A DNA stretch of 64,000 bases from Candidatus Poseidoniales archaeon (GTDB lineage: Archaea; Thermoplasmatota; Poseidoniia; Poseidoniales; Thalassarchaeaceae), in the NCBI GenBank assembly GCA_012964335.1, contig DTUF01000022.1:30195-94194 (forward strand). Reading direction: 5' to 3'. Within the stretch, counting starts at the first letter, position 1, and every line of letters begins with the position of its first letter. Below the pieces are notes generated by a model. It was not told where the DNA came from. It saw only the letters and a program-made list of their open reading frames with translations, and searched no databases. Positions 47,201-56,435 of the stretch are shown piece by piece. The position numbers and the translations under genes are program-made.

Positions 47201-49560
47201 TCCATATCAAGGTCAGCGTGGAATATTTCATTGAAAACTTCTTTCATTAATAATGAGCCTTCAGTTGCTCGGTGATTCTTGAGCAGCGCATCGGCTTTCT
47301 GTTGGAATTGCTGAGGTGACACTTCTTCAGCACCAATGCGGCGAGGGATTATCAAACTCCTACCAGCTACTTCACGGAATCTCTTGGCAAATAATTGAGT
47401 ATCCAGCAAATATCTTTCAATCACGCTGCGATGGTCATTTGCTTCAAAGACAGCAGGGAAAGCACCCGGGTCAATATCATCAGACATTTTTATGAGGAAG
47501 CCATTCTCATCAAATGAAATTTCATGCACATGGATATCATGAGCAGAAGCTACTCCAGCAAAGAAGTATCCTAACGTCATATTGAACGCTCGACCTCTAC
47601 ATGTTGTCACCATGTAAGTTGTTACACCACCAACAATCTGTTCCATCATTATACGATTTGGTCCGGGGACTTCAAAGGATTCAGCCACATGTTGTTCCAT
47701 GAAACGAGCAACTGATTCAGCTATTTTTCTAGAAAGGCCATAACCTTCCATCAATAGACGCCGTGGGTCCCGCTGTCTTCGAAGTGCCAACATTGTGGAT
47801 TTCTGTAATTTCAAAACAGCCAAAGAAAGTTCAGGACTTCTTGATAATGCTTCACCAGACCATGATGGAACAGTAGGGCGGAACCCAGTTACTGGCGTTA
47901 CATTTACTCTAGAACCTTGAATTGACTGAATTCGATATGTTGTTCCTCCAAGAAGAATAACATCACCAGGTCTAACACTGGAAACGAATGACGATGATAA
48001 CTGCCCAATCATTGAACCATCTGTATTGAGAACTAGGTAGTTATTATCAGGGGAAATTGTTCCAAGGTTCGTGTAATATATCATCTGGGAATATCCTCTC
48101 TTTCCGATGGTATTTTCCTCCCAATCAACCCACAATCTCTTTTCATCTTCCAACATATCAATTACTTCGATATAATCGTCGTAAGGAAGATCGCGATATG
48201 GCCAAGCAGTAGTAATCAACTCATAGACTTCGTCAATGTCTTGCTCTCCAACGATTGTTAGTCCAACCATGAATTGAGCTAACACATCTAGCGCATTTTC
48301 GGGGAATCTCAATAAATCCATTTCCCCACACATAATTGCTCCTTGAAGGGCTACTAACTCAACTAGATCATGAGGGCCAGTTGGTAGGAATCGGGCTCGG
48401 GGAATCCCTCCTACATGGTGACTAGCACGGCCAATTCGTTGTAGGGCGGTTGCAATACGCCCAGGGGAACCAAGTTGAATTACTAAATCAACTGTGCCAA
48501 TATCAATACCTAATTCTAAAGAAGAAGATGAAACACAACATCTTAATTCACCCATTCTCAATCGTTGCTCTACATCCTTACGAATTTGCTTATTCATTGA
48601 ACCATGATGGGCTTCTATTCCATCTTCATCCCAACCAGCAAGACGTCTGAGTTTCTGGACTATTTCTTCAGTCATTTTTCTAGTATTAACAAACACAATT
48701 GTAGTTGTATGTGCTTCAACTAAATCTAGGATACGTTCTACATTGGCATCTAGGATTTGCTTGTGGTCAAAAGTTGGATCTCCGAACCTTGGATGGGGGA
48801 GAATGATGTCCAAATCAAGTTCTCTAGCACCACTTATTTTTGCAATTTTTACTATATCTGTATCATCTCCAACAGGAACTAGAAATTTAGCTACCTCATC
48901 TAATGGTTCCATGGTTGCAGATATCCCAATTCTTTGGACGGGAGTAGTAATTACAGAATCAAGAAGTGCCATTGTCAGTGATAGCAAAGTTCCCCTCTTA
49001 GATGCAACTAAACTGTGTAATTCGTCTAAAATAATCCAACTCAAATCAGTCATTAATGGACGGAATTTAGAGGATGCTAAAGCTAGCCCAAGGCTTTCAG
49101 GAGTTGTAATCAAAATGTGAGGGGGATTGCGTAACATTTTTTGACGGTCAGATTGACTTGTATCACCTGTCCTTAAACCTACTTTGATATCCTTGGATCG
49201 CCCTGATAAAAATTTCGATTTTATTTCAGTTAGTGGTTCAATCAAATTCTTTTGAATATCATTAGCCAATGCTTTAATTGGTGAAATATAGACACAGTAC
49301 ACTTTCTTTTCAAGTTCACCATCTAGTGATTTTCGAATTAATTTGTCAATAATTCCTAGAAATGCCGTTAGTGTTTTCCCACTTCCTGTTGGGCTAGACA
49401 ATAACAAGTTATCACCTGCATTGATTGAAGGAATTGCCATCTTCTGAGGGTCAGTGAAGTCAGGGAATTTATCTCTAAACCAATCCCTTACAGGCTGGCA
49501 TAATTCACTGTATATTACTTCAGAATCTTCATAAGAGTCTAAGTATACTATCTCAGCCAT
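44266..49560 (-). CDS. lhr: Lhr-family DEAH/DExH-box ATP-dependent helicase (long form, 1764 aa)
   Basis: Motif I SSPTGSGKTLTAF, motif II ILDELHSL, motif VI-like QRIGRASHHVGG. Winged-helix and large C-terminal region. Start overlaps the 3' end of the archaeosortase-like gene by 14 nt (convergent). Confidence 0.85.
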   Translation of the reverse strand: MAEIVYLDSYEDSEVIYSELCQPVRDWFRDKFPDFTDPQKMAIPSINAGDNLLLSSPTGSGKTLTAFLGIIDKLIRKSLDGELEKKVYCVYISPIKALANDIQKNLIEPLTEIKSKFLSGRSKDIKVGLRTGDTSQSDRQKMLRNPPHILITTPESLGLALASSKFRPLMTDLSWIILDELHSLVASKRGTLLSLTMALLDSVITTPVQRIGISATMEPLDEVAKFLVPVGDDTDIVKIAKISGARELDLDIILPHPRFGDPTFDHKQILDANVERILDLVEAHTTTIVFVNTRKMTEEIVQKLRRLAGWDEDGIEAHHGSMNKQIRKDVEQRLRMGELRCCVSSSSLELGIDIGTVDLVIQLGSPGRIATALQRIGRASHHVGGIPRARFLPTGPHDLVELVALQGAIMCGEMDLLRFPENALDVLAQFMVGLTIVGEQDIDEVYELITTAWPYRDLPYDDYIEVIDMLEDEKRLWVDWEENTIGKRGYSQMIYYTNLGTISPDNNYLVLNTDGSMIGQLSSSFVSSVRPGDVILLGGTTYRIQSIQGSRVNVTPVTGFRPTVPSWSGEALSRSPELSLAVLKLQKSTMLALRRQRDPRRLLMEGYGLSRKIAESVARFMEQHVAESFEVPGPNRIMMEQIVGGVTTYMVTTCRGRAFNMTLGYFFAGVASAHDIHVHEISFDENGFLIKMSDDIDPGAFPAVFEANDHRSVIERYLLDTQLFAKRFREVAGRSLIIPRRIGAEEVSPQQFQQKADALLKNHRATEGSLLMKEVFNEIFHADLDMEGLNQFVSEVVQGSSRILHTRVKVPSPIGMNLYMSAFEDLLSMRTRAYLIKDIDPEILRRLLGQRALATQLDEEQVNTYYNDKVSIPTNAESLLDIMEMGGGLDKNHENPLYREKLEGIEKEEIRTWIRELIDREDIVRVTNTGHVGIDNKWFSKRMGDIHGTLGVLSSHDADELDDLRQLYLGGLTYDTSTKYKDTEAIAWEPTTLSDPHECLRVKLVDLLGSEGPQTLDVLVERLPFPKPMIENILHELEVRNIVTIGFYRQTEEGEFILRVDEHYLTGGEEEVVAYRNLQNLLLTKSFKLHDDPLGALSSHVMIQKMHELLDRVKDFRFADWKDMKHDSDVLMGRLLHNRIGYTKKDQMGLLLGLRPEPWIGDMEAKLMTKVPAGENVTRQQILVDIPRDDESKHIMNRAKYALNNMERQLLYVKQYEELPERKRSLSLFHRVYEVYEPLPFDDALVELINRIGPVKRFTLGWYVSRAGDELEDTLKLLMDQGRITKVVALQPGLTDFYCVPSDVPQVKKRIREDRKMRILTQSDPFCSRFIQEVRYVLKQGWYYPVFKGVDPVGRILMYKVNDYLEIKDIHIPHAYLDEFVEQFERLLENYRDTLVEISVLTNFNGENISEARKETIDAFTRIGFEAIGDGRRMIRGGVMDPRPIKESVRVLFYNHKMHQDSRSENETMAVKHLFEIRDDFALRGRSEAYRVNLSSMASANQLHQGTNLTGHRVYAPYSHFQRLLTIRNLPPNEELLDVLEFFTDHSDPQLFMDRHALRRAEFRKLAQPLIRSGHLVQDYRGGFRTVHPTIITDHWQFKQDYLIELINEIPVITMKQCEKMAGKPYKPEEIMTVLQYLVDEGQLIKGFLLEDLNQVCWGRKEMLESSTDVAIMRDFVLPPSDPLAPYFASLLRERFGFGSAYLVFHNEEPIAAFKANTRENIIDVKDLVADPKLEKQALRVMKEFAWEHSMPLRGKVLEKLKKR

Positions 49561-49664
49561 TTATTCCCCTTCCTATTCTTATGGTGACAGCGCAACGAAC
49601 CATTATATCAACGATTCGTATTTTAAAGGGAATATGCAGACGGAATCACTAGTGATAACCGGTT

Positions 49665-49976
49665 TCAAGCCCATCTTGAACCATTCTTTCCCCACCGGTT
49701 GAAAACCTCAACCGCAGGAGATGGTATTTCCTGGAAAATTAAAGGAGATGATTCTGCTAGAACTGGAACAATAACTTCACGAAGTGCACTTGTAGGACAA
49801 GAACCTATGCAACTTAAACACCCAACACAATTCTCATTTAGTACTATTACTGGCCTCTTTCGACGTTCTGGAGGGCAATCTGCTAGTGGTAATAATGCTT
49901 CAAAAGGGCAGTGAGTAATACAGAGGTCACAACCTGTGCAATCTGCACTAACGATTTCAACCATCGCCTGCCCCAT
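49665..49976 (-). CDS. 2x[4Fe-4S] ferredoxin
   Basis: CTGCDLCITHCP and CVGCLSCIGSCP clusters. ORF-track start 50072 is TTG and would overlap the glyS start; ATGs at 50015, 49976 and 49964. Confidence 0.7.
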   Translation of the reverse strand: MGQAMVEIVSADCTGCDLCITHCPFEALLPLADCPPERRKRPVIVLNENCVGCLSCIGSCPTSALREVIVPVLAESSPLIFQEIPSPAVEVFNRWGKNGSRWA

Positions 49977-50065
49977 GTAATAACCCAAAGAGTTAGCATT
50001 TTTCAGGGTATTCATGCCGAAGCATTGAGAACCCTTCTCTATCCGACCAACCCTTAGGTGAAGGC

Positions 50066-51790
50066 GTGACAAGTGACAGCGACCGAGTTAACTCCTTGAT
50101 GTCGATGTTGAAAAGGAGAGGGATTATCTTTCCTGCCTTTTCCATTCACGGGGGAATTGCCGGTCTGTATGATTACGGACCTGTCGGTGGAAGGCTATTG
50201 AGAAAAGTACAACAACAATGGAGAGAACATTGGTTGTCAAAAGGAAATATTGTAGAAATTGACAGTCCTACTATTACACCAGAATCGGTTTTACAAGCAA
50301 GTGGTCATGTATCTGCCTTTAACGACCATGCGTCTGAATGTAATTCTTGTAACGCTATTTTCCGTAGTGACCATTTAGTTGAGGAATTCCATCAAAATGC
50401 TGATTCACTCTCTGGTCCTGAATTAGATTCTATCCTTTCCGAAAATTCGATTTCCTGCCCTTCTTGTAAGAATGTCGATTGGGCGAATTCTCGACCCATG
50501 AATCTCATGTTTGGGACTAAAATTGGAGCAACTAGGGGTGGTAGACAAGCGTATATGCGACCTGAAACTGCTCAGGGAATGTTCTTAACTTTCCCAATGA
50601 TTCAACGCCATTTCAGGAACCGTCTTCCTTACGGAGCAATCCAAGTTGGAAAAGGGTACAGGAATGAAATAAGTCCACGACAAGGAATGATCCGCCAAAG
50701 GGAATTCAATATGGCTGAACTTGAATATTTCATTGATCCAAATGTAGACGCACATCATGACCTTTCAAAATGGAACGGCATTAATTTTCAATTGATTCCG
50801 GACCCAGAAAATGGCGAGCAGAAAAACATTAACATGGATATTTCTACTGCACTTGAACAGAATATCGTTCGACATCCAACAGTTGCAATGTTTATGGCTG
50901 AAACATATGACTTTCTTACAAATATCGGAGCAGACCCAGAAAAAATCAGATTTAGGCAACACGAATCGGATGAAATGGCTCATTATGCATCTGATTGTTG
51001 GGATTTGGAAATGCATGGCTCTTATGGTTGGGTTGAATGTGTTGGAATTGCCCACAGAGGTTGTTATGATTTAGAAGCACATGAGAATGCCACCAACAGT
51101 AATGAATTGAGAGCATGGCGAGATTTTGATGAACCAATAGAAGTTGATAAAGAAGTTGTATCAGCAATTGGATCAATTGTGGGTCCTGCTTTTAGGCAGA
51201 GGGCTGGCCAAGTAACTCAAGCTTTGGCAGAACTAGAAAATATACCAACATCGTTCCCATTTGAACTATCTCTAAGTGATGGAAGTAATGTTACTATAGA
51301 CGATTCAATGGTTAAGGTAGTAAGGGTGCAAGAGACAATCCGAGGAGAATGGTTCTTACCTCATGTGGTTGAACCTGCATTTGGTCTTGACCGTATTATT
51401 TGGCACCTACTTGACCATGGCTATGAGATGACTAGTAAAGAAGGAGAAGAATACCTCATTCTGCACCTTTCAGAATCAGTAGCGCCATACGAAGTTGTTG
51501 TGCTTCCACTCTTTGAGAAAGATGGGATGGGGCAAATTGGTAAGGAATTACAAACTACACTTCTTCAAATTAATGGAATTGGGGTGTATTATGATGGGAC
51601 AAGGTCAATCGGCAGAAGATATGCAAGAGCAGATGAAATTGGTGTCCCTTGGGCTGTTACCATTGACTATGAATCATTAGAAGATGGTAGTGTTACGGTT
51701 CGTCGGCGAGATGACCAATCTCAAATCAGAATTTCTACAGATGATTTGATTCAACATTTACAAAGTGGTTCTCTCGCATCTGTTTTCTAA
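50066..51790 (+). CDS. glyS: glycine--tRNA ligase (archaeal/eukaryotic dimeric type)
   Basis: KRRGIIFPAFSIHGGIAGLYDYGPVG matches the archaeal GlyRS N-terminus. 574 aa. GTG at 50066; ATG at 50099. Confidence 0.9.
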   Translation: MTSDSDRVNSLMSMLKRRGIIFPAFSIHGGIAGLYDYGPVGGRLLRKVQQQWREHWLSKGNIVEIDSPTITPESVLQASGHVSAFNDHASECNSCNAIFRSDHLVEEFHQNADSLSGPELDSILSENSISCPSCKNVDWANSRPMNLMFGTKIGATRGGRQAYMRPETAQGMFLTFPMIQRHFRNRLPYGAIQVGKGYRNEISPRQGMIRQREFNMAELEYFIDPNVDAHHDLSKWNGINFQLIPDPENGEQKNINMDISTALEQNIVRHPTVAMFMAETYDFLTNIGADPEKIRFRQHESDEMAHYASDCWDLEMHGSYGWVECVGIAHRGCYDLEAHENATNSNELRAWRDFDEPIEVDKEVVSAIGSIVGPAFRQRAGQVTQALAELENIPTSFPFELSLSDGSNVTIDDSMVKVVRVQETIRGEWFLPHVVEPAFGLDRIIWHLLDHGYEMTSKEGEEYLILHLSESVAPYEVVVLPLFEKDGMGQIGKELQTTLLQINGIGVYYDGTRSIGRRYARADEIGVPWAVTIDYESLEDGSVTVRRRDDQSQIRISTDDLIQHLQSGSLASVF

Positions 51791-51873
51791 TTCCCATTAC
51801 AATGCCTAATTCATCGTTTCACCTATAATCAATAGATGAACATTCAAAACCCCTCGCCGCCGTGAGGGCTTTG

Positions 51874-53406
51874 ATGGCCGAAGCCCAGTCAATTCCGTCC
51901 GACTGGACTGAGCGTTATCGGCCTAAAACAGCAGACCAATTAGAAGGCAATGAAGCAGCCAGAAAAAGAATCAAGATGTGGCTAGAATCATGGAAGAATG
52001 GCACACCTGACAAAAAAGGACTTCTTCTGGTTGGACCCCCTGGAATCGGAAAAACAAGCATTGTTAGAGCTGTTGCAGAAGACTTCGGATGGGTAGTCAT
52101 AGAATTGAATGCCAGTGATGCAAGGAACGCCGCTTCAATCAGAAAGGCTGCAGGTGGCGGCGCATCAAATTACACATTTGGATTAGATGGCTCTTTTGAT
52201 TTGGGCGGGACTAGAAAAACTTTGATTCTTTTAGATGAGGTTGACCATTTACACGGTGGATTACGAGAAGTAAGTGAAAAACGGATTGAGGGTTCCATAG
52301 CAGAAAAACGAGGTGAAGATACCTCAATTTCCTCTTTGAAAGGAGATTCCGGAGGAAAAGCAGAATTGCTAAAAATGCTAAAAAGTACCACTCAACCAAT
52401 AATTATGACTTGTAATGAACCCATGGGATTGTGGGGCAGACGAAATTCAAATTGGACTTCTGCAAGGGATAGATTTCTTCGCCAAGCAGAACTAATTAAA
52501 TTTCGAAGAGCAAGTTCAGCAGCGTTGCAAAAAATTGCAAAAAGGGTTCTCAATTCTGAAAATGTCACCTCTGACCCTGGCGCACTAAGCAGACTAGTAA
52601 ATGCAAATCCTGGAGATATCCGTGCCCTCGTTAGAGATTTACAAATGATATGCGAAGATGGTACTAATCATATTGACTTAGACATCGTGGAAACCCAATT
52701 AAGTCGAGGATTACGAGATCAACAACTTGATTTGTTTCCAGGATTAGAAGAACTTTACAAAAGCGCATCTGCAAAGGATGCTGCTGAAAGGGCTAGAGAT
52801 ATTGAGATAACACCAAGAGAATTAATCGCTTGGGTTTCGTGGAATAATGCTTCTGTTTTCAAAGGCCGTGATGACCTCAGTAGAGCGGCAAAAACTTGTT
52901 CAATTGCAGACCAATCATTACATACAATGTACAGTAATAATGCATACCGCAGTTGGTATTGGTCGGGACAATTATCAGCATTGTCTGCTAGTGTTTCATC
53001 AATTCATGAGCCTGCTGCAAGGTTCTCACTGTCTTTTCCTCCATTCTTGAGAAGAGGGACGGAACCATGGCGTCGAAAAGGATTGATTCGAAAATTAAAG
53101 GACCTTTCAGGTTGCAGTATCCAAGCAGCACGTGAAGAATTATGGCCACCCTTAGCAGCCATACATGAGTCAGGAAATAATATGGACATTGAAGATTTCA
53201 CAATTAGTAAAGAGTTAAAATTAGATGGTGATGAACATGCTTTACTTCATGGACTGAGAAGTAATCTCAAATCAACTAAAGCTATTGTAAAAAGGTACAA
53301 TGAAAGCATCCAAGTAGAGTCTGAAATTGAAGAAAATGATGAATTTTTCGAACAAGAGCAAGAAAATACTCCAATTATAGATAAAGATCAAAAAACACTA
53401 TTTTGA
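51874..53406 (+). CDS. rfcL: replication factor C large subunit
   Basis: ERYRPKT...LLLVGPPGIGKTS Walker A, LLDEVDHL Walker B. About 510 aa with C-terminal acidic tail. ORF-track start 51862 is GTG; ATG at 51874. Confidence 0.85.
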   Translation: MAEAQSIPSDWTERYRPKTADQLEGNEAARKRIKMWLESWKNGTPDKKGLLLVGPPGIGKTSIVRAVAEDFGWVVIELNASDARNAASIRKAAGGGASNYTFGLDGSFDLGGTRKTLILLDEVDHLHGGLREVSEKRIEGSIAEKRGEDTSISSLKGDSGGKAELLKMLKSTTQPIIMTCNEPMGLWGRRNSNWTSARDRFLRQAELIKFRRASSAALQKIAKRVLNSENVTSDPGALSRLVNANPGDIRALVRDLQMICEDGTNHIDLDIVETQLSRGLRDQQLDLFPGLEELYKSASAKDAAERARDIEITPRELIAWVSWNNASVFKGRDDLSRAAKTCSIADQSLHTMYSNNAYRSWYWSGQLSALSASVSSIHEPAARFSLSFPPFLRRGTEPWRRKGLIRKLKDLSGCSIQAAREELWPPLAAIHESGNNMDIEDFTISKELKLDGDEHALLHGLRSNLKSTKAIVKRYNESIQVESEIEENDEFFEQEQENTPIIDKDQKTLF

Positions 53407-54969
53407 TTACTCTTTCCAGACCCTGATTGAAAGCAAAACAATTACTGTTAATAATTCTAAACGTCCTAACCACATCAGTGTAGCAGTGACAATTAAGCTT
53501 GTCCAATGTAGACTAGCCCATGTTTCAGTAGGTCCAAAACTACCTAATGCTGGCCCAGTATTTCCTAACGAAGCAATTGCTACTGAAATCACTGTTTCTA
53601 AATCAAGAGATGATTCAATTATTGCTAGTACAATGATACTACTCATTGATAGAACTGCCCACCATGAAAGCATTCCAACAATCGTCCAAAGTTTTTCATC
53701 CTCAACAACTTCACCATTAAGCCGGACAAGGTGTATTTTCTTGGGTGATGCAATACGGGAAATTTCACGTTTTGCCAATAGGTATGCAATTCTCAGTCGT
53801 AAAATTTTGAGCCCTCCGCTTGTTGACCCAGCTGAAGCACCTACGATCATCAAGAACAATAAAATAATCAACGATAAAGTTGGCCAAATTGCGTAGTTTG
53901 AACTAGCATAACCTGTTGATGTACCAATTGATACTACATTAAAAGTTGCATGACGGAATGAACTACCAAATTCCCAGTCTGCTAAGAAGTAAAGGCTTGC
54001 TGTCATGGTTATTATAGCAAGTGTTAACACAGCCAAATATACCTGCATCTCTTGGTCCTTAATTGCAGCCCTCCAGTCGCCTCTATAGACATAATGGAAC
54101 AAACTGAAATTAATTCCAGTGAGTACCATAAAGACAATAATAATCCATTCAACAGTAACGCTATTAAAAGACATAATTCCAGCATCATAGGTACTGAAAC
54201 CACCCGATGGAAGAGTTGTTAATCCATGATTAACAGCGTCAAATAATCCCATATCTGCCAAATAATAGAGAAGACCAATTTCTATAATCGTAAAGAGGGT
54301 ATAGATACTCCAAAGAATCTTCGCTGTCTGCTGTATTCTAGGCTTTAATCTAGATAATGAAGGGCCTGTGAGTTCTGCTCTTGCCATCGTCATGCCGCCA
54401 CCTAAATAGCGGGCTAATAACAACATTCCAAGCATAATAATCCCCATTCCACCAAGCCACTGACTAAGACTTCTCCAAAGCAATAGTGTTCTTGATTGTG
54501 CATTGATGCAATCAGGTACAGCAGGCTGGCAAACAGGGCTAGTTCGAGGATCAATCACTGTAGCGCCTGTTGTCGTAAAGCCAGACATTGATTCAAAGAA
54601 AGCACGTATATAACCACCAAGAACTTCAAACAAGTTTGACTGCCCCGAAATCAATTCAAATGGCCCATGAAACATTCCACCAAACCAATATGGAAGAGCC
54701 CCAATTAGAACTACAACAGGCCATCCTAATGCCACTGCAGCAAACGCTTCTCTGTCCCTTAATCTCTCGGAACTAGCACCCCTATTTACGCCCCAGGTGA
54801 TCAGCCAATATCCGATACCAAGAGAAATTACACTAGGCAAGGAAAACGCACGCAGAGTTAACTCTAACTCATCGAGAAAAAGGGACCCAACTATAATCAT
54901 CAAAAACAGAGGGCCTGCTAACAACATTAGAGTCAAACCCACCACGTAGGCGAGAACGTCATTTCTCAT
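53407..54969 (-). CDS. trkH: Trk/Ktr-type K+ uptake membrane subunit TrkH
   Basis: 520 aa, multiple TM helices and pore-loop repeats with GxG-type selectivity-filter remnants (GYASSNY, MSGFTTTGATV). Lies 5 nt after trkA. Confidence 0.8.
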   Translation of the reverse strand: MRNDVLAYVVGLTLMLLAGPLFLMIIVGSLFLDELELTLRAFSLPSVISLGIGYWLITWGVNRGASSERLRDREAFAAVALGWPVVVLIGALPYWFGGMFHGPFELISGQSNLFEVLGGYIRAFFESMSGFTTTGATVIDPRTSPVCQPAVPDCINAQSRTLLLWRSLSQWLGGMGIIMLGMLLLARYLGGGMTMARAELTGPSLSRLKPRIQQTAKILWSIYTLFTIIEIGLLYYLADMGLFDAVNHGLTTLPSGGFSTYDAGIMSFNSVTVEWIIIVFMVLTGINFSLFHYVYRGDWRAAIKDQEMQVYLAVLTLAIITMTASLYFLADWEFGSSFRHATFNVVSIGTSTGYASSNYAIWPTLSLIILLFLMIVGASAGSTSGGLKILRLRIAYLLAKREISRIASPKKIHLVRLNGEVVEDEKLWTIVGMLSWWAVLSMSSIIVLAIIESSLDLETVISVAIASLGNTGPALGSFGPTETWASLHWTSLIVTATLMWLGRLELLTVIVLLSIRVWKE

Positions 54970-54973
54970 TTAT

Positions 54974-56386
54974 TCAACTCCCTGTGAGTCGTTTTTCAAC
55001 ATCTTCAATATCTTCCACTTTAGCGAAAAGCATCAATCGGTCGCCTTCCTTCAGGATTTGGTCACCGGAAGCTCTCAGCATACTTTCCGTACCAGATGAT
55101 TGAGATGTGCGATGTATGAAGGCTACACGACAGAGTTTATTCTCCAATACCTTAACTTGCTTTCCAATCATTCTGTGTTCAGGATTTAGAAGTGCAGACA
55201 TACCAACAATATCGGGTATTGACGAAAGCAGATGATAATTTCCTTCTACCTTACTATGAACATGGCGAAGAATATAGTTGATTGAAACTCTTCTTCGACT
55301 AACGGCAAAGGAATGGCCTATTCGCCTTGCGATTTGTGCCATTTGGCCGTCATCTAGAACCATCCCAACTATGGGAACACCCAATTCAGTTGCATGCAGA
55401 GCAACTGCCATGTTAGCGTGGTCATCAGATAATGCAGAGATTGCAATGTGGTGATCATCAACATCTAATTCATGGAGAAGGTCTGGGTCCAAGGGGTTAC
55501 CATGGATAGAATCCAAAAAGTCTGTATTAGCGAAATCACTACCTGCTAACTCATTTGCTTGTTCTAAATTTTCGCTAATAACCGTTACCCTACAACCATC
55601 TTCCAAATATGATTTTGCTATTTGACGTCCCAATCTAGTTGCACCAAATATCATGATTCTTGGGTGGTCGGGATAATCAGGAGGTTGGTGTCCAGCTGCT
55701 AATAATATTCGCCTGAAAGTGTGTTTACCAATTGTAGCAAAAGCGACTAGTGAATTTGGAACAATAACTGTGTTTGGATTAGGTATGTAACTTTTCTTAC
55801 CCGGCTCTTTTATTCCGAATATCCTGGGTAAGCCATCGACATTATCTTGAGACTCTTGAAGAGTAGAACCAATTAAGTTGTCAGCAGATGAAAGAACTTC
55901 TACAATAGATACCCAAGCGTCCTGCCCGAGAGGAAGAACTTCGACCATCGAAGCACCTTGCAATCCAACTTTTAAATCCTCAATTACTAGTAGGTCAGAA
56001 CATACTGCGTGCTGCACTCCACTCCATCGAGTTAAATCTTCACCCTTTTCATCCGAAATCAAACTTGCATCATGAATTCTTGCAATTGTCATTAATTCTG
56101 TTTTCTTTCCAGCCTGAAGCACAATGTCACGAGCTAATGCACAAGAAATCATGTTAATTTCATCACGCTGTGTTGCTGCAATGTAAACTTCAGCATTTTG
56201 CACCTCGGCCTCCATCAAGTCCTCTCGTAACGTGGCATCACCTTGGACTACCAATACATCCAATGCTTGAGCCTCTTTGATAGAAACAGGGTCTGTGTCA
56301 ATGAGAACTACGTCTCTACCTTCACTACGTAAAGCCTTAGCAACCCCACGACCGACTTCGCCGGCCCCCCCGATAACTATCCTCAT
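54974..56386 (-). CDS. trkA: Trk K+ uptake system NAD-binding subunit TrkA (two RCK domains)
   Basis: MRIVIGGAGEVGRGVAKAL Rossmann motif at ATG 56386 (ORF-track TTG 56404). Second RCK domain begins RIMIFGATRLGRQIA. Confidence 0.85.
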   Translation of the reverse strand: MRIVIGGAGEVGRGVAKALRSEGRDVVLIDTDPVSIKEAQALDVLVVQGDATLREDLMEAEVQNAEVYIAATQRDEINMISCALARDIVLQAGKKTELMTIARIHDASLISDEKGEDLTRWSGVQHAVCSDLLVIEDLKVGLQGASMVEVLPLGQDAWVSIVEVLSSADNLIGSTLQESQDNVDGLPRIFGIKEPGKKSYIPNPNTVIVPNSLVAFATIGKHTFRRILLAAGHQPPDYPDHPRIMIFGATRLGRQIAKSYLEDGCRVTVISENLEQANELAGSDFANTDFLDSIHGNPLDPDLLHELDVDDHHIAISALSDDHANMAVALHATELGVPIVGMVLDDGQMAQIARRIGHSFAVSRRRVSINYILRHVHSKVEGNYHLLSSIPDIVGMSALLNPEHRMIGKQVKVLENKLCRVAFIHRTSQSSGTESMLRASGDQILKEGDRLMLFAKVEDIEDVEKRLTGS

Positions 56387-56435
56387 GGACGCACCCTTCG
56401 GCAATCAATCGGGAGAGCATCTCTCATTTGACTCT

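Noticed and set aside
45947-49120. Plus-strand ORFs (66-125 aa) inside the lhr gene, and 50765-51176 / 51915-52399 ORFs antisense to glyS and rfcL
   Set aside because: Shadow ORFs within confidently assigned large CDSs.
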